Source: Bryobacterales bacterium
GTDB lineage: Bacteria; Acidobacteriota; Terriglobia; Bryobacterales; UBA6623
Direction of reading: 5' to 3'
Assembly: GCA_965204095.1 (NCBI GenBank)
Contig: OZ241991.1
Coordinates: 2,640,290-2,704,289 of the forward strand
DNA length: 64,000 nucleotides
The translations under genes were made by a program, and so were the position numbers. The notes under the pieces are model-generated. The model did no database searches and was not told the DNA's origin. It was given only the letters and a program-made list of their open reading frames with translations. Below are positions 39,306 to 48,760 of the stretch, one piece after another; positions within the stretch are counted from its first letter, which is position 1; every line of letters starts with the position of its first letter.

Positions 39306-40454
39306 ATGTCAAAACCAGATCGTCGTCAAGTCCTCACCTCTCTCGCCGCCTTGGGTGTCGGCTCGTCCGTAATGCAGCCGCTTTTTACAGCCGCATCGGC
39401 TGCGCCGAAGTCGTCTCTCACATCCCGCATCACGCGATTCGAGATTACGCCGACGAAACTTCCCTACTACGAGCCGGTCCGTGAAGCATTGACGGGTAGT
39501 TTCCTGCTGCAGAACCGTGATCAAACCTCTTTCGACCCGACCATGGTCAAGGTTCACACCGACGATGGATTGACCGGAATCTGCAACGCCATGATGCGAA
39601 GTCCGGACAGGATCGAAGCCACCCTGAAACGAATGGTCGGCCATTCGCCTTGGGAGTATCTGCACGACGATTCTCTCGCCGGTATCCTGGTGGCAGTCTA
39701 CGATCTTGTCGGACAGGCAGCGGGTCTGCCAGTCTCGCGCCTCTTCTCGACAAATCCGAAGGAGAAGATCGTTCAGACTTGGTGGAGTCAGTGCTATCCG
39801 CCGTCATTGATGGCCGAAGAGGCAAAGCGCGGCGAGGATCTGGGTTACAAGGTGCACAAGGTCAAGGCACGTCCGTGGCAAGATCCCATCGAGCAAGCTG
39901 CCGCGATTTGCGACGTCGTCAAGCGTGATTTCCGCATTTGGGCGGACGCCAACTCCTGGTGGGGCTCAGTGGGGCGGACCATTCACTTTTGCAATCGGCT
40001 GGCACAGTTCAACAACTATTTTGCGATCGAGTCTCCCATCAGGCGGCCGGGCATCGCCGGTTATAGGGCCCTCAAGGGAAAGGTGCCGCTGCAAATGAGC
40101 GAGCACATGACGCCCGATCCGATGCCGTACATCCGCGAAGGCCTCTTGGATACCTTCGTGATCGGCGGGCCACTCGGCAAGACGCTCATCAAACGCGCTC
40201 TGATGGCCGAAGTAACCAGGATGCCGCTCTGGGTCGAGCACAGTATCGAAGACGGCATCAACCAGGTCTTTCAGGCTCACCAGGCTGCGGCGTTCCCAGG
40301 CATCGAGTACACCATCAGCATTACTCATGTGCTTGTCGACGACCTGATGAAAGAACCGTTCGCGATGAAAGATGGCTTCTACACGGTTCCCACGAAGCCG
40401 GGTCTCGGCGTGAGCCTCGACGAGGATGCGATCGACAAGTACCGAACCTCCTGA
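39306..40454 (+). CDS. Enolase-superfamily (mandelate racemase/muconate lactonising-like) protein with a Tat signal
   Basis: ORF 39282..40454. Shows MSKPDRRQVLTSLAALGVGSS (twin-arginine), then KVHKVKARPW, WADANSWW and ESP. Confidence 0.75.
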   Translation: MSKPDRRQVLTSLAALGVGSSVMQPLFTAASAAPKSSLTSRITRFEITPTKLPYYEPVREALTGSFLLQNRDQTSFDPTMVKVHTDDGLTGICNAMMRSPDRIEATLKRMVGHSPWEYLHDDSLAGILVAVYDLVGQAAGLPVSRLFSTNPKEKIVQTWWSQCYPPSLMAEEAKRGEDLGYKVHKVKARPWQDPIEQAAAICDVVKRDFRIWADANSWWGSVGRTIHFCNRLAQFNNYFAIESPIRRPGIAGYRALKGKVPLQMSEHMTPDPMPYIREGLLDTFVIGGPLGKTLIKRALMAEVTRMPLWVEHSIEDGINQVFQAHQAAAFPGIEYTISITHVLVDDLMKEPFAMKDGFYTVPTKPGLGVSLDEDAIDKYRTS

Positions 40455-40497
40455 TGCGAAACATCTTCCTGATCAAGCGGCGTTGACAACGATCCGA

Positions 40498-40658
40498 ACG
40501 TTTCCCGCTTGAATGATCCGCACACGGGCGGAGGAAGAAGGCGCGCGCAGGCGCACTTGAACCGTACGTCGAGCACGGCATGCAAGCGTTGCGAAGGAAA
40601 AGCGAAGTCATGGCGGTCGTATCGCGTGCTTCGGCCGTCGGGTGGTGAGAAATGCAGG
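40498..40658 (+). repeat. Hairpin repeat family, copy 6 (left arm replaced by the GTTTCCCGCTTGAATGATCCGCAC module)
   Basis: From gggcggaggaagaaggcgcgcgcagg onward it is colinear with the consensus to ggtggtgagaaatgcagg. Confidence 0.85.
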
Positions 40659-40682
40659 ATAGGTTCTGATACCATCTCCCGC

Positions 40683-41906
40683 ATGAATAACGCTCTTGTC
40701 GCCTCGGCAGGCTTGTCCTTGCTGTTCCTCTTGTCTTGCTCGCCCGCCACGGATAAACGCGCAGAAACAGCCGCGACGCAGCCGACGGGCGACTTCCACA
40801 CCGACTCCTTCGTGATGGACTCTCATGTCCATGTCATGAGCCGGCAGCTCCTCGAAGGCACCGATTTCGGCGACCGTTATGAAGACGGGCACGTCGACTT
40901 GCCGCGGACGATCGAGGGCGGTGTCGACGCGATGTTCTTCTCGATCTATACGCCCGAGCCTTACTACCCGAATCGGCACGACGTGAAAAGCACGCTTCGA
41001 CTCGTCGAGTTGGCCCGGCAGCAAATCGAGAGGAACAACGACAGGATCGATCTCGCCCTCAATGCGACCGACATAGAGCGAATCACCTCTGACGGCAAGG
41101 TGGCGGCCTTCATGGACCTCGAAGGCCCTTTCGATCTCGACGGCGACCTCCTGGTGCTCGCCGGACTCTATCGCCTGGGACTGCGGTCGTTTCAGCTCAC
41201 GGCTCATAATTTCACCAGCAACATCGTCGACTCATGCTGCGATGTCAGCAAATGGGGCGGCCTGAACGAACGGGGCCGCGCCGTCGTGAAAGAAGCAAAT
41301 CGCCTCGGCATGATCATCAACGTGGCGCACGCCTCCGAAGAGACCATTCAGCAAACGGTCGAGCTCAGCGAGGATCCCGTGATTTACACCCACGGTGGCT
41401 TCCGCCATTTTGTCGATATCCCTCGCTGCATCAGCGACGCGGCCGCCAAAGCGATTGCGGCCAAGGGCGGCGTCATCTCGATCCAATGGGGCAGCACGTT
41501 CAACAACCCCAAATACTTCGACTGGAAGCACAAGGGCATCCCGATCGTGTACGACATCTCGAAGAGACTCGGCAAATACGCCGATATGACAATCGGCGAG
41601 ATCGACGCCGAGGAACGGTCACGCCTGCCCTTCGTCTTCAAGGGGACCATACCTGACGAATATTGGATGGGAGCGGATCAGCTCGCCAAGGTCGTCGACT
41701 ACGGAGTGCAGCTCGTCGGCGAAGACCACATCGGCCTCGGCTCCGACTTCGATGGCGGACCGCCGCTGCCCCGCGAAATCAAAGACATCAGTGACTACCC
41801 CGAAATGACCAAAGCCCTGCAACGTCTCGGATACGGCGAAGAGCGCATCCGCAAAATCCTCGGCCTGAATCTGCTGCGCGTCATTCGTGAAGTGACTGAA
41901 AAGTAG
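40683..41906 (+). CDS. Membrane dipeptidase (peptidase M19 family) lipoprotein
   Basis: Internal start at 40683 in ORF 40509..41906. Shows lipobox LLSC, DSHVH and IGLGSDFDGG. Confidence 0.85.
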   Translation: MNNALVASAGLSLLFLLSCSPATDKRAETAATQPTGDFHTDSFVMDSHVHVMSRQLLEGTDFGDRYEDGHVDLPRTIEGGVDAMFFSIYTPEPYYPNRHDVKSTLRLVELARQQIERNNDRIDLALNATDIERITSDGKVAAFMDLEGPFDLDGDLLVLAGLYRLGLRSFQLTAHNFTSNIVDSCCDVSKWGGLNERGRAVVKEANRLGMIINVAHASEETIQQTVELSEDPVIYTHGGFRHFVDIPRCISDAAAKAIAAKGGVISIQWGSTFNNPKYFDWKHKGIPIVYDISKRLGKYADMTIGEIDAEERSRLPFVFKGTIPDEYWMGADQLAKVVDYGVQLVGEDHIGLGSDFDGGPPLPREIKDISDYPEMTKALQRLGYGEERIRKILGLNLLRVIREVTEK

Positions 41907-42085
41907 CCTGCCGTTGCAAGCAAGCTCCTGACGACTGCTTTGAACCAATTGCTGACCCGGTCCCTGACCTCGTCGAGGTAGTCGCAGCGCTGTGGGGCAG
42001 TCTCGCCCCCAAACATCCTTTCCCCGAAGACAACCAGCACGCAACCGCGGACCCACGGGCCTCAGGGGGGCGCCGGTCCTGCTGC

Positions 42086-42826
42086 TCACCCTTTCGAGGC
42101 GCTGAAGGCGGTGAGCGGCGCACAGGTCATGAAGTCGTCCCAGTAGGGATCGTCCCGCTCAGTCGGCTCCAGCATGGCGTCGACCCAGCGGAAGTCGTCG
42201 AAGCCGGCTTCGCGCGCCGCCGCCTCGTAGGTGGCCGGTGCGAGGTAGTAGTTCTCGAACTCGAACGCTTGGCCATCATGGTTGGTGATGCGGTACTGGA
42301 TGACGTCGCCCTCGCTCGGAGGATAGGCGCAAGTCCGCTCAAGACCGTACTGCTCCAGCGGCATGCCCGGCTGAGGCGGGTTGCGGACGTTGTCGTTGAA
42401 GCCTACGAGCCGGCCCCCCGGCTTCAGCGCTCGGAAACAGGCGCGGTAAAAGCGGTCCAACTGCTTCCTGGTGCGTGCATAGTTCAGTAGATAGATGGCT
42501 GTCACGATATCGACCGGTTCGGGCGGCGTGAATGCCGCCGCGTCCTCCCGGACGTAACGGCAGCCGAGAGGTTCTTCTTGCTCGGCGGCCTCGGCAAGGT
42601 CGACCATTGCTTGCGAAATATCGACGCCGGTCACCTCTGCCGCGCCCGTCCGTTTGAACTGGCGAGCGTAGACTCCTTCGCCGCACGCCATATCCAGCAC
42701 CGACTGGCCCCTCAGATCACCCAGCACCTGGAACAGGGTGTAACGCTCGATGAAATGGCGGAACAGAAGCCACTTGGACTCGCGATAGCGCTCAGCGATG
42801 GAGTCATACACATTCTGCTGGCTCAT
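42086..42826 (-). CDS. Class I SAM-dependent methyltransferase
   Basis: ORF 42086..42871 trimmed to the Met at 42826. Shows VLDMACGEGVYAR (motif I). Confidence 0.8.
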   Translation of the reverse strand: MSQQNVYDSIAERYRESKWLLFRHFIERYTLFQVLGDLRGQSVLDMACGEGVYARQFKRTGAAEVTGVDISQAMVDLAEAAEQEEPLGCRYVREDAAAFTPPEPVDIVTAIYLLNYARTRKQLDRFYRACFRALKPGGRLVGFNDNVRNPPQPGMPLEQYGLERTCAYPPSEGDVIQYRITNHDGQAFEFENYYLAPATYEAAAREAGFDDFRWVDAMLEPTERDDPYWDDFMTCAPLTAFSASKG

Positions 42827-42887
42827 GACAATGCTCCCTGGCGCGGCTTCGGGTCTCCCGGCCAGCCACACGCAAAGAAATTTCTAG

Positions 42888-43064
42888 CCTGTATTTCTCA
42901 CCACGTGGCGAGGCGAAGTGCGTGAGAGGGCCGTCAGGACGAGGCGCGCGCCGCTTGGTGCGCGCAGGCGTACTTGAACAGTACGTTGAGCACGGCAAGC
43001 AAGCGCAACGAAGTCCTGGCGGTCGTATCGCGTGCTTCGACCGTCAGGTGGTGAGAAATGCAGG
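42888..43064 (+). repeat. Hairpin repeat family, copy 7 (177-bp core; used for the pairing analysis)
   Basis: Ends cctgtatttctcaccac / ggtggtgagaaatgcagg, flanked by TAG and CTA. Confidence 0.92.
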
Positions 43065-43130
43065 CTAGCATAAATGAAGAGATATGAATCAAAGTGAAAA
43101 AGAGGGTTCATCATCTGTGTAACACCCTGG

Positions 43131-43164
43131 CCTGCATGTCTCGCCACCTGGAGAGACATGCAGG
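43131..43164. repeat. 34-bp mini-hairpin made only of the family termini
   Basis: cctgcatgtctcgccacctggagagacatgcagg has a 12-bp perfect stem identical to the family ends (G/C allele). Confidence 0.85.
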
Positions 43165-43199
43165 TTCACTCGTCCAGAGGGACCCTCCCGTGAGCACCG

Positions 43200-44450
43200 T
43201 TAGCTCAGGCATCGCGTTCGCTCAGCGCTGATGAGCTCATACACGTTGCCGCGCCATTCGATTCTCCTTGTTAGGGCCGAGCGGAGTAATACATAAAGCC
43301 AGATCCACGTGGCGAACGGCGTGTACCAGAAGTACGCCCAGCCGAACTGATCGAGCCATTCCTCGCGGCTCGGGAACATCAGGCGCGCCGCCGCGGCGCG
43401 GACAGACCCTTTGCCCATGCCGGGAACAATGCTCACCGCCAGTCCGCCCCAGCCGAGCAAGTTTCCTGACGCTGCCGTCAGCAAGCTCACGACGATCGCC
43501 CCGCAGTAGACAAGGTGAGCCGCCAAAGCGGCGATCCAAAGGTCCGGTCGGTAGACCCGCGTAATGACCATCTGGCGCACCGCCCAGTCGAGGAACTCCA
43601 CTCGATCGCACCCTCCGGTGGTCGCTACCGGCGCTCCTGGCACGAACCGAATGCCGAGTTCGGCGGCCTTCATTGCCGCGCTGAGTCGGCAATCGTCGCT
43701 TACGGCTCCCTGCCAGAACTTCGCAACGCTGGCTTTCTCGAAAACTTCCTTGCGGATCGCCATCCCACCACCCCAGGCGAAGTTCTTGTCGTCATCTCGC
43801 ATGCTGGCGGCGATCGTCGAGTCCCAGACGCTCCGCATCAGCGGCCAGAACCGCCCCTCCTCCGGGAAATACCATCGAAACGTCGTCGTGGCCCCCAGCG
43901 ACTCGTCTTCCAGAGGAGCGATCAAGGTCCGCAGCCAGTCGCGCTCGACTTGGCCGTCGGAATCCGCAAAAACCAGCACTTTGCTCTCGGGACGTGCCAC
44001 CTCGACGGCCTGCAGCAGGTTGTGGACTTTCTCTCCGGTACAGTCGGGCGGCTCGCCCGCAAACAGGATCCGGGACCGTTCGTCCAGGCACGACCGAGCG
44101 ATCCCGACCGCCTGATCGTCGACGCTCCGGGTCACCACGACCAGCTCGAAGTCGGGGTAGTCTTGCTCGACCAGCGACCGCAGGTTTCGATGGAGTTCGT
44201 GATCGATGCCCTTGACAGGCACGATCACCGTGGCGGGCGGTGCGTACGGGCCGACAGGCTCCCGCAGTTCCGACTCGACATGCTCGAAATAGCGGCGGCC
44301 CGCTCGATTGGAAATGACCGCGGCGACCGCGGCGGGTACGACGAGGCACCAGAACAGAACCGTGAGCAAGAACCGAGTGTAACATGGCCTTCTCTCCTCA
44401 ATAGCGGGCTGCCGGCTGCCGGAATACCCTTGTGATATGCTGACTTCCAT
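43200..44450 (-). CDS. Membrane glycosyltransferase (GT2/GT21-like)
   Basis: VIVPVKGIDHE...EQDYPDFELVVV, FADSDGQV and C-terminal TM segments. Start uncertain, since only 14 nt separate it from the divergent aroD/E start. Confidence 0.75.
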   Translation of the reverse strand: MEVSISQGYSGSRQPAIEERRPCYTRFLLTVLFWCLVVPAAVAAVISNRAGRRYFEHVESELREPVGPYAPPATVIVPVKGIDHELHRNLRSLVEQDYPDFELVVVTRSVDDQAVGIARSCLDERSRILFAGEPPDCTGEKVHNLLQAVEVARPESKVLVFADSDGQVERDWLRTLIAPLEDESLGATTTFRWYFPEEGRFWPLMRSVWDSTIAASMRDDDKNFAWGGGMAIRKEVFEKASVAKFWQGAVSDDCRLSAAMKAAELGIRFVPGAPVATTGGCDRVEFLDWAVRQMVITRVYRPDLWIAALAAHLVYCGAIVVSLLTAASGNLLGWGGLAVSIVPGMGKGSVRAAAARLMFPSREEWLDQFGWAYFWYTPFATWIWLYVLLRSALTRRIEWRGNVYELISAERTRCLS

Positions 44451-44464
44451 CCTCTGATCCCCCC

Positions 44465-46009
44465 ATGATTTCCTTGTCTTCTCTTCCCCGCATTTGCGTG
44501 TCGCTGGGGGTCGCCGATGTGTCGCAACTCGAGCGTCTCGCGGTGGCCGCCTGTGACGACGGCGAGGATTTCCTCGAGCTTCGACTCGACCTGCTCGACA
44601 ACCCGGAATCGGGCGTCAGGGTCTTTCGCCGCATCGCTCGACGCTATCCTGACGTCGTCCTGCTGGCCACCTGCCGCCGCATAAGCAACGGTGGAACGTT
44701 TCGAGGATCGGTCGAGAGGGAAATCGAGATTCTGGAAGATGCTGTTCGGGCCGGGGCGGGTATCGTCGACATCGAGATTGAAACCGCGGAACAGGCGCCC
44801 TCGATGCTGAAGAGCTTCGACAAGCGCGCCCGTCTTTTGATCTCCTATCACAATTTCGAGCGGACACCCGCGCTCGCTCACGTGATACGCCGCCTGCAAA
44901 AGACTCCAGCCGACTTGTACAAGTTCGCCGTCCTCGCCCGCAAACCCACCGACGCCTTGCGAACTCTCAAGCTGCCTGCAGGCCACCTCGATTGTCGGAT
45001 TGTCGCCTTGGCGATGGGCGAAGTCGGTGTGGCGACGAGGATTCTCGGCCCTTCGCAAGGCGCAGCCTTCGTGTTCGGCTCGTATTCGCCTCGCCCAAGG
45101 TCCCGGGGGAAAATGCCTGCTTCCGAACCCACGGCTCCGGGCCAGATTTCAGCCGACAGTCTGCGGAATCTCTACATGGCTCACCGCCGCAATCCCGCGA
45201 CCCGTATTTTCGGAGTGGTCGCCGACCCGGTGGGCCATTCGATGTCTCCGGTGCTCCACAACCGCGCCTTCAAAGCGCGCCGGATCAACGCTGTCTATCT
45301 GCCCTTTCTGGTGAAACCGAACCAATTCTCCGATTTCCGCAAAGTAGTGGAGGAACTCCCCATCGAAGGCCTCAGTGTCACGATTCCCCACAAGCAGCGA
45401 GTGATGCGGTATCTCGCCTGGGTCGATCCGCTCGCGAGACGGATCGGCGCGGTCAACACGGTTTTTCGCAAGAAGAAGAAACTCTGCGGAACGAATACCG
45501 ATGCTCTCGGTGTCGTGACGCCTCTCGAAAAGAAAATACGTCTCACTAAAGCATCCGCCTTGATCGTGGGCAACGGCGGTGCCGCCCGAGGAGCGATCTT
45601 CGCGCTCCGCGACAAAGGCGTTCGGGTCACTCTTACGGGCCGAAATCCGTCCCGCGTGCGCCGGCTCGCTCGCGACTGCGGTGTCGAATCGATCGACCGC
45701 AAGCGTCTGCAAGACCAGTACTTCGATATCCTCATCCAGTCGACGCCGCTGGGCATGTTTCCCGGCATCAACGGCTGCTTCTTCGAAGACCGCATCCCCG
45801 CCGATCTGGTGTTCGACATGGTGTACAACCCCCTCGAAACCAAGCTGCTCAAAATGGCGCGTGGGGCGGGAAAGGGAACGATCTCGGGGCTTGAAATGTT
45901 TCTTGAGCAGGCAGCCGCCCAATTCGAATTGTGGACCGGGGAAACCGCGCCTCGCGGCCCCATGCGCAACTCGGTGCTCGAGCGCTTGGCGCAACCCCAT
46001 GCAGCCTGA
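44465..46009 (+). CDS. aroDE: Bifunctional 3-dehydroquinate dehydratase (type I) / shikimate dehydrogenase
   Basis: N-terminal AroD-like half. C-terminal half has GVVADPVGHSMSPVLHN, SVTIPHK and GTNTD. Confidence 0.9.
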   Translation: MISLSSLPRICVSLGVADVSQLERLAVAACDDGEDFLELRLDLLDNPESGVRVFRRIARRYPDVVLLATCRRISNGGTFRGSVEREIEILEDAVRAGAGIVDIEIETAEQAPSMLKSFDKRARLLISYHNFERTPALAHVIRRLQKTPADLYKFAVLARKPTDALRTLKLPAGHLDCRIVALAMGEVGVATRILGPSQGAAFVFGSYSPRPRSRGKMPASEPTAPGQISADSLRNLYMAHRRNPATRIFGVVADPVGHSMSPVLHNRAFKARRINAVYLPFLVKPNQFSDFRKVVEELPIEGLSVTIPHKQRVMRYLAWVDPLARRIGAVNTVFRKKKKLCGTNTDALGVVTPLEKKIRLTKASALIVGNGGAARGAIFALRDKGVRVTLTGRNPSRVRRLARDCGVESIDRKRLQDQYFDILIQSTPLGMFPGINGCFFEDRIPADLVFDMVYNPLETKLLKMARGAGKGTISGLEMFLEQAAAQFELWTGETAPRGPMRNSVLERLAQPHAA

Positions 46010-47471
46010 CTACAAAGCCTTCGCTTCCTATGCGCGCGACGCCAACATCGTGCCGGTGTCCAAGGTGCTTACAGCCGACTTGGAGACACCGGTCTCGGCC
46101 TATCTGAAGTTGGCCGCGCGCCGCACCTACTCCTTCCTTCTCGAGAGTGTCGAAGGTGGCGAGAAAGTCGCTCGCTACACGTACCTCGGTGCGGATCCAT
46201 TCCTGGTCGTTGAAGCAAGCGGAGACAAGGTCGCCCTCCTGCGCAATGGTGACCGCCATGAGCTGAAAGGCAACGTTTTCCGCATCCTCCGCGAAACCGC
46301 CGCCGAGTTCCGGCCTGCCCGGGTCGAGGGGATGCCTCCGTTCTCGGCCGGCGCGGTCGGCTTCGTGGGGTACGACGCTGTCCGCCTGATCGAGCCGCGC
46401 ATACCCGCGTTCGACAAAGACGACTTGGAGACTCCCGATGCTGTCTTCCTGTTCTTTTCAACTCTGCTGGCGTTCGACCATGTCAAGCATCAGATTCACG
46501 TGATTGCCAACGTCCGCTGCGACGAATGGAAGGGGAAGCTCAAGAAAGGCTACGAACAGGCCTGTCGGCGCATCACGAAGATCGAAAGGACTCTCTCCTC
46601 GCCGTTGCGCCTGCCGCGGTCGCGCCCCCCCAAGAAAAAGGTAACCGTACGATCGAACACCGGAAAGAGGCGGTTCTCTGCGGCCGTCAAGAAAGCCAAG
46701 GAGTATATCCTCGCCGGCGACATCTTTCAGGTTGTGCTTTCGCAGCGTTTGAACATGAAGCCCGAGGTTGCCCCTTTCCAAATCTATCGGGCTCTGCGGA
46801 TGGTCAACCCTTCCCCTTACATGTTCTATCTTCACCTTGACGATACGGTGATTCTCGGCAGTTCCCCCGAGATGCTGGTCAAGGTCGATGGGGACCGCGT
46901 CGAATACCGCCCTATTGCCGGTACGCGCCCGCGAGGCAGTACGGAGGCCGAAGATCAGGCGTTGGCGAAAGACCTTCTCTCTGACGAAAAGGAACTCGCC
47001 GAGCACGTCATGCTGGTAGACCTCGGTCGCAACGACATCGGCCGTGTGTGCGAGTTCGGCTCGGTGAACGTCCCCGAGTTCGAGATCATCGAAAACTACT
47101 CGCACGTGATGCACATCGTGTCGAGCGTCACCGGCAAGCTGCGGCCGGATCGAGACGCCTTTGACACGCTCGAAGCCTGCTTCCCTGCCGGGACCGTTTC
47201 GGGTGCCCCGAAGGTGCGGGCGATGGAGATCATCGCGGAGCTCGAGCCGACACGGCGCGGCGTTTATTCCGGAAGCGTGATGTATCTCGATTTCTCGGGC
47301 AATCTCAACTCCTGCATCGCCATCCGCACGATGTTGGTGCGCAAGAACAGGGCCTACCTGCAGGTGGGAGCGGGCATTGTCGCCGACTCGGTCCCTTCAA
47401 AAGAGTGGCGCGAGACCATGGACAAGGCGGGTGCGTTGCTGAAAGCCGTCGAGACGGCCCGCAACCTGTAG
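45999..47471 (+). CDS. trpE: Anthranilate synthase component I
   Basis: Internal start at 45999 in ORF 45579..47471, overlapping the aroDE end by 11 nt. Shows LLESVEGGEKVARYTYLG and GAGIVADSVPSKEWRET. Confidence 0.95.
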   Translation: MQPDYKAFASYARDANIVPVSKVLTADLETPVSAYLKLAARRTYSFLLESVEGGEKVARYTYLGADPFLVVEASGDKVALLRNGDRHELKGNVFRILRETAAEFRPARVEGMPPFSAGAVGFVGYDAVRLIEPRIPAFDKDDLETPDAVFLFFSTLLAFDHVKHQIHVIANVRCDEWKGKLKKGYEQACRRITKIERTLSSPLRLPRSRPPKKKVTVRSNTGKRRFSAAVKKAKEYILAGDIFQVVLSQRLNMKPEVAPFQIYRALRMVNPSPYMFYLHLDDTVILGSSPEMLVKVDGDRVEYRPIAGTRPRGSTEAEDQALAKDLLSDEKELAEHVMLVDLGRNDIGRVCEFGSVNVPEFEIIENYSHVMHIVSSVTGKLRPDRDAFDTLEACFPAGTVSGAPKVRAMEIIAELEPTRRGVYSGSVMYLDFSGNLNSCIAIRTMLVRKNRAYLQVGAGIVADSVPSKEWRETMDKAGALLKAVETARNL

Positions 47472-47477
47472 TCTTAG

Positions 47478-47653
47478 CCTGTATTTCTCACCACGTGGCG
47501 AGATGAAGTGCGTGAGAGGGCCGTCAGGACGAGGCGCGCGCCGCTTGGCGCGCGCAGGCGTACTTGACGGTACGTTGAGCACGGCAAGCCAGCGCAACGA
47601 AGTCCTGGCGGTCGTATCGCGTGCTTCAGCCGTCGGGTGGTGAGAAATGCAGG
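47478..47653 (+). repeat. Hairpin repeat family, copy 8 (176 bp)
   Basis: Fills the gap between the convergent trpE and murB genes. Its right end abuts the murB TAA stop (47654-47656). Confidence 0.92.
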
Positions 47654-48631
47654 TTAGAACTCTCCTACGTACTGGACCTCTTCTTCGACCGCGAATCCGT
47701 AGCGATCGGCGATTCGCTGCTTGAGCTCCTCGATCAACGAACGCAGTTCGGCGGCGGTCCCTCCGCCGGCGTTGTAGATGAGATTGGCGTGGTAGTCGGC
47801 GACGGCAATCCCTCCGCGCCGCATCCCTTTTGCCCCGACTTGGTCGAGAAAATAGGCCGAAGCCACCTTGCCCTCACGGACGGCTCGCTCGGGAACTTCG
47901 GCCGCTGCCGACGGAGGCAAGTCTTTGACGTGGAGATTCTTGAAAATGCTTCCCGCGCAGCGCATCGTGGGCGGAAACTTCTCGTCGCGAATCGCCATGA
48001 TCTTGTCCGCGCGGCTCCGAAGCTCCGCTCGATCGGCCCGCTCCAGCAGCAGACTGCAACAGAAGATCATCCAGTCCTTGTTTCGCTTGAAGACGCTTCC
48101 CCGATATTCGAACGCGCAGCCCGCGTTATCCAGTTTCCGAACCTCCTCGCCGTCATAAAAGCGAACCCACTCGATACTCTCTGAAATGGAGTGTCCATAC
48201 GCACCGGCATTGCCGTAGATGGCGGCGCCGACCGAACCGGGAATGCGGGCCAGGGTCTCCAGGCCTCGGAGCCCTGCGGTGATCGCCGCATCCACCAGGG
48301 ATTCGAGCGCTGCGCCCGCGTCCGCTTGAAGCTGCAGGCCTTGCTGTTTGATGGACTTCGCCGTGAACCGCAGCACAAGGCCTCGATAGCCCGCATCCGC
48401 GATGATGACGTTCGTGCCGTCGCCGAGAATGCAGTACGGCACCTTGTGGGTTCTGCAAATGTGAACGGTCTCCGCAAAAGCTTCCGGTTCGGCCGTTTCC
48501 GCAAAGAGATCAGCGCGGCCGCCGATCCCGAAACGGGTGTACCCTCGCAGTTCCACATCGCTCCGTACATTCAGCTTCTCGACCTGCGCAAGCGACGACG
48601 CGACGGAATCCAAAGAGACAGGGTGTGTCAT
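47654..48631 (-). CDS. murB: UDP-N-acetylenolpyruvoylglucosamine reductase
   Basis: FGIGGRADLF, GSVGAAIYGNAGAYG and a FAD-binding PCMH-type pattern. Confidence 0.95.
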   Translation of the reverse strand: MTHPVSLDSVASSLAQVEKLNVRSDVELRGYTRFGIGGRADLFAETAEPEAFAETVHICRTHKVPYCILGDGTNVIIADAGYRGLVLRFTAKSIKQQGLQLQADAGAALESLVDAAITAGLRGLETLARIPGSVGAAIYGNAGAYGHSISESIEWVRFYDGEEVRKLDNAGCAFEYRGSVFKRNKDWMIFCCSLLLERADRAELRSRADKIMAIRDEKFPPTMRCAGSIFKNLHVKDLPPSAAAEVPERAVREGKVASAYFLDQVGAKGMRRGGIAVADYHANLIYNAGGGTAAELRSLIEELKQRIADRYGFAVEEEVQYVGEF

Positions 48632-48700
48632 GAGGGCAGTCTTCTCATCCTGTATCCATCGTAGAGCAGATGGACCCGACTGCTATAAGCTGATCCGATA

Positions 48701-48734
48701 GCCTGCATGTCTCGCCACGTAGTGAGACATGCAG
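48701..48734. repeat. 34-bp mini-hairpin made only of the family termini
   Basis: cctgcatgtctcgccacgtagtgagacatgcagg, lying between the divergent murB and DUF2461 gene starts. Confidence 0.85.
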
Positions 48735-48760
48735 GCTGACCCTTTCGACGAGGAGACGCC

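Noticed and set aside
17646-45998. Long N-terminal extensions in track ORFs (17646..18818 dapA, 28765..29874 bioD, 35656..37539 nadE, 40509..41906 dipeptidase, 45579..47471 trpE, 60992..61681 deaminase)
   Set aside because: The extensions overlap upstream genes or repeat copies and are Arg/Pro-rich. Internal Met codons, with RBS-like sequence or canonical family N-termini, give normal protein lengths.
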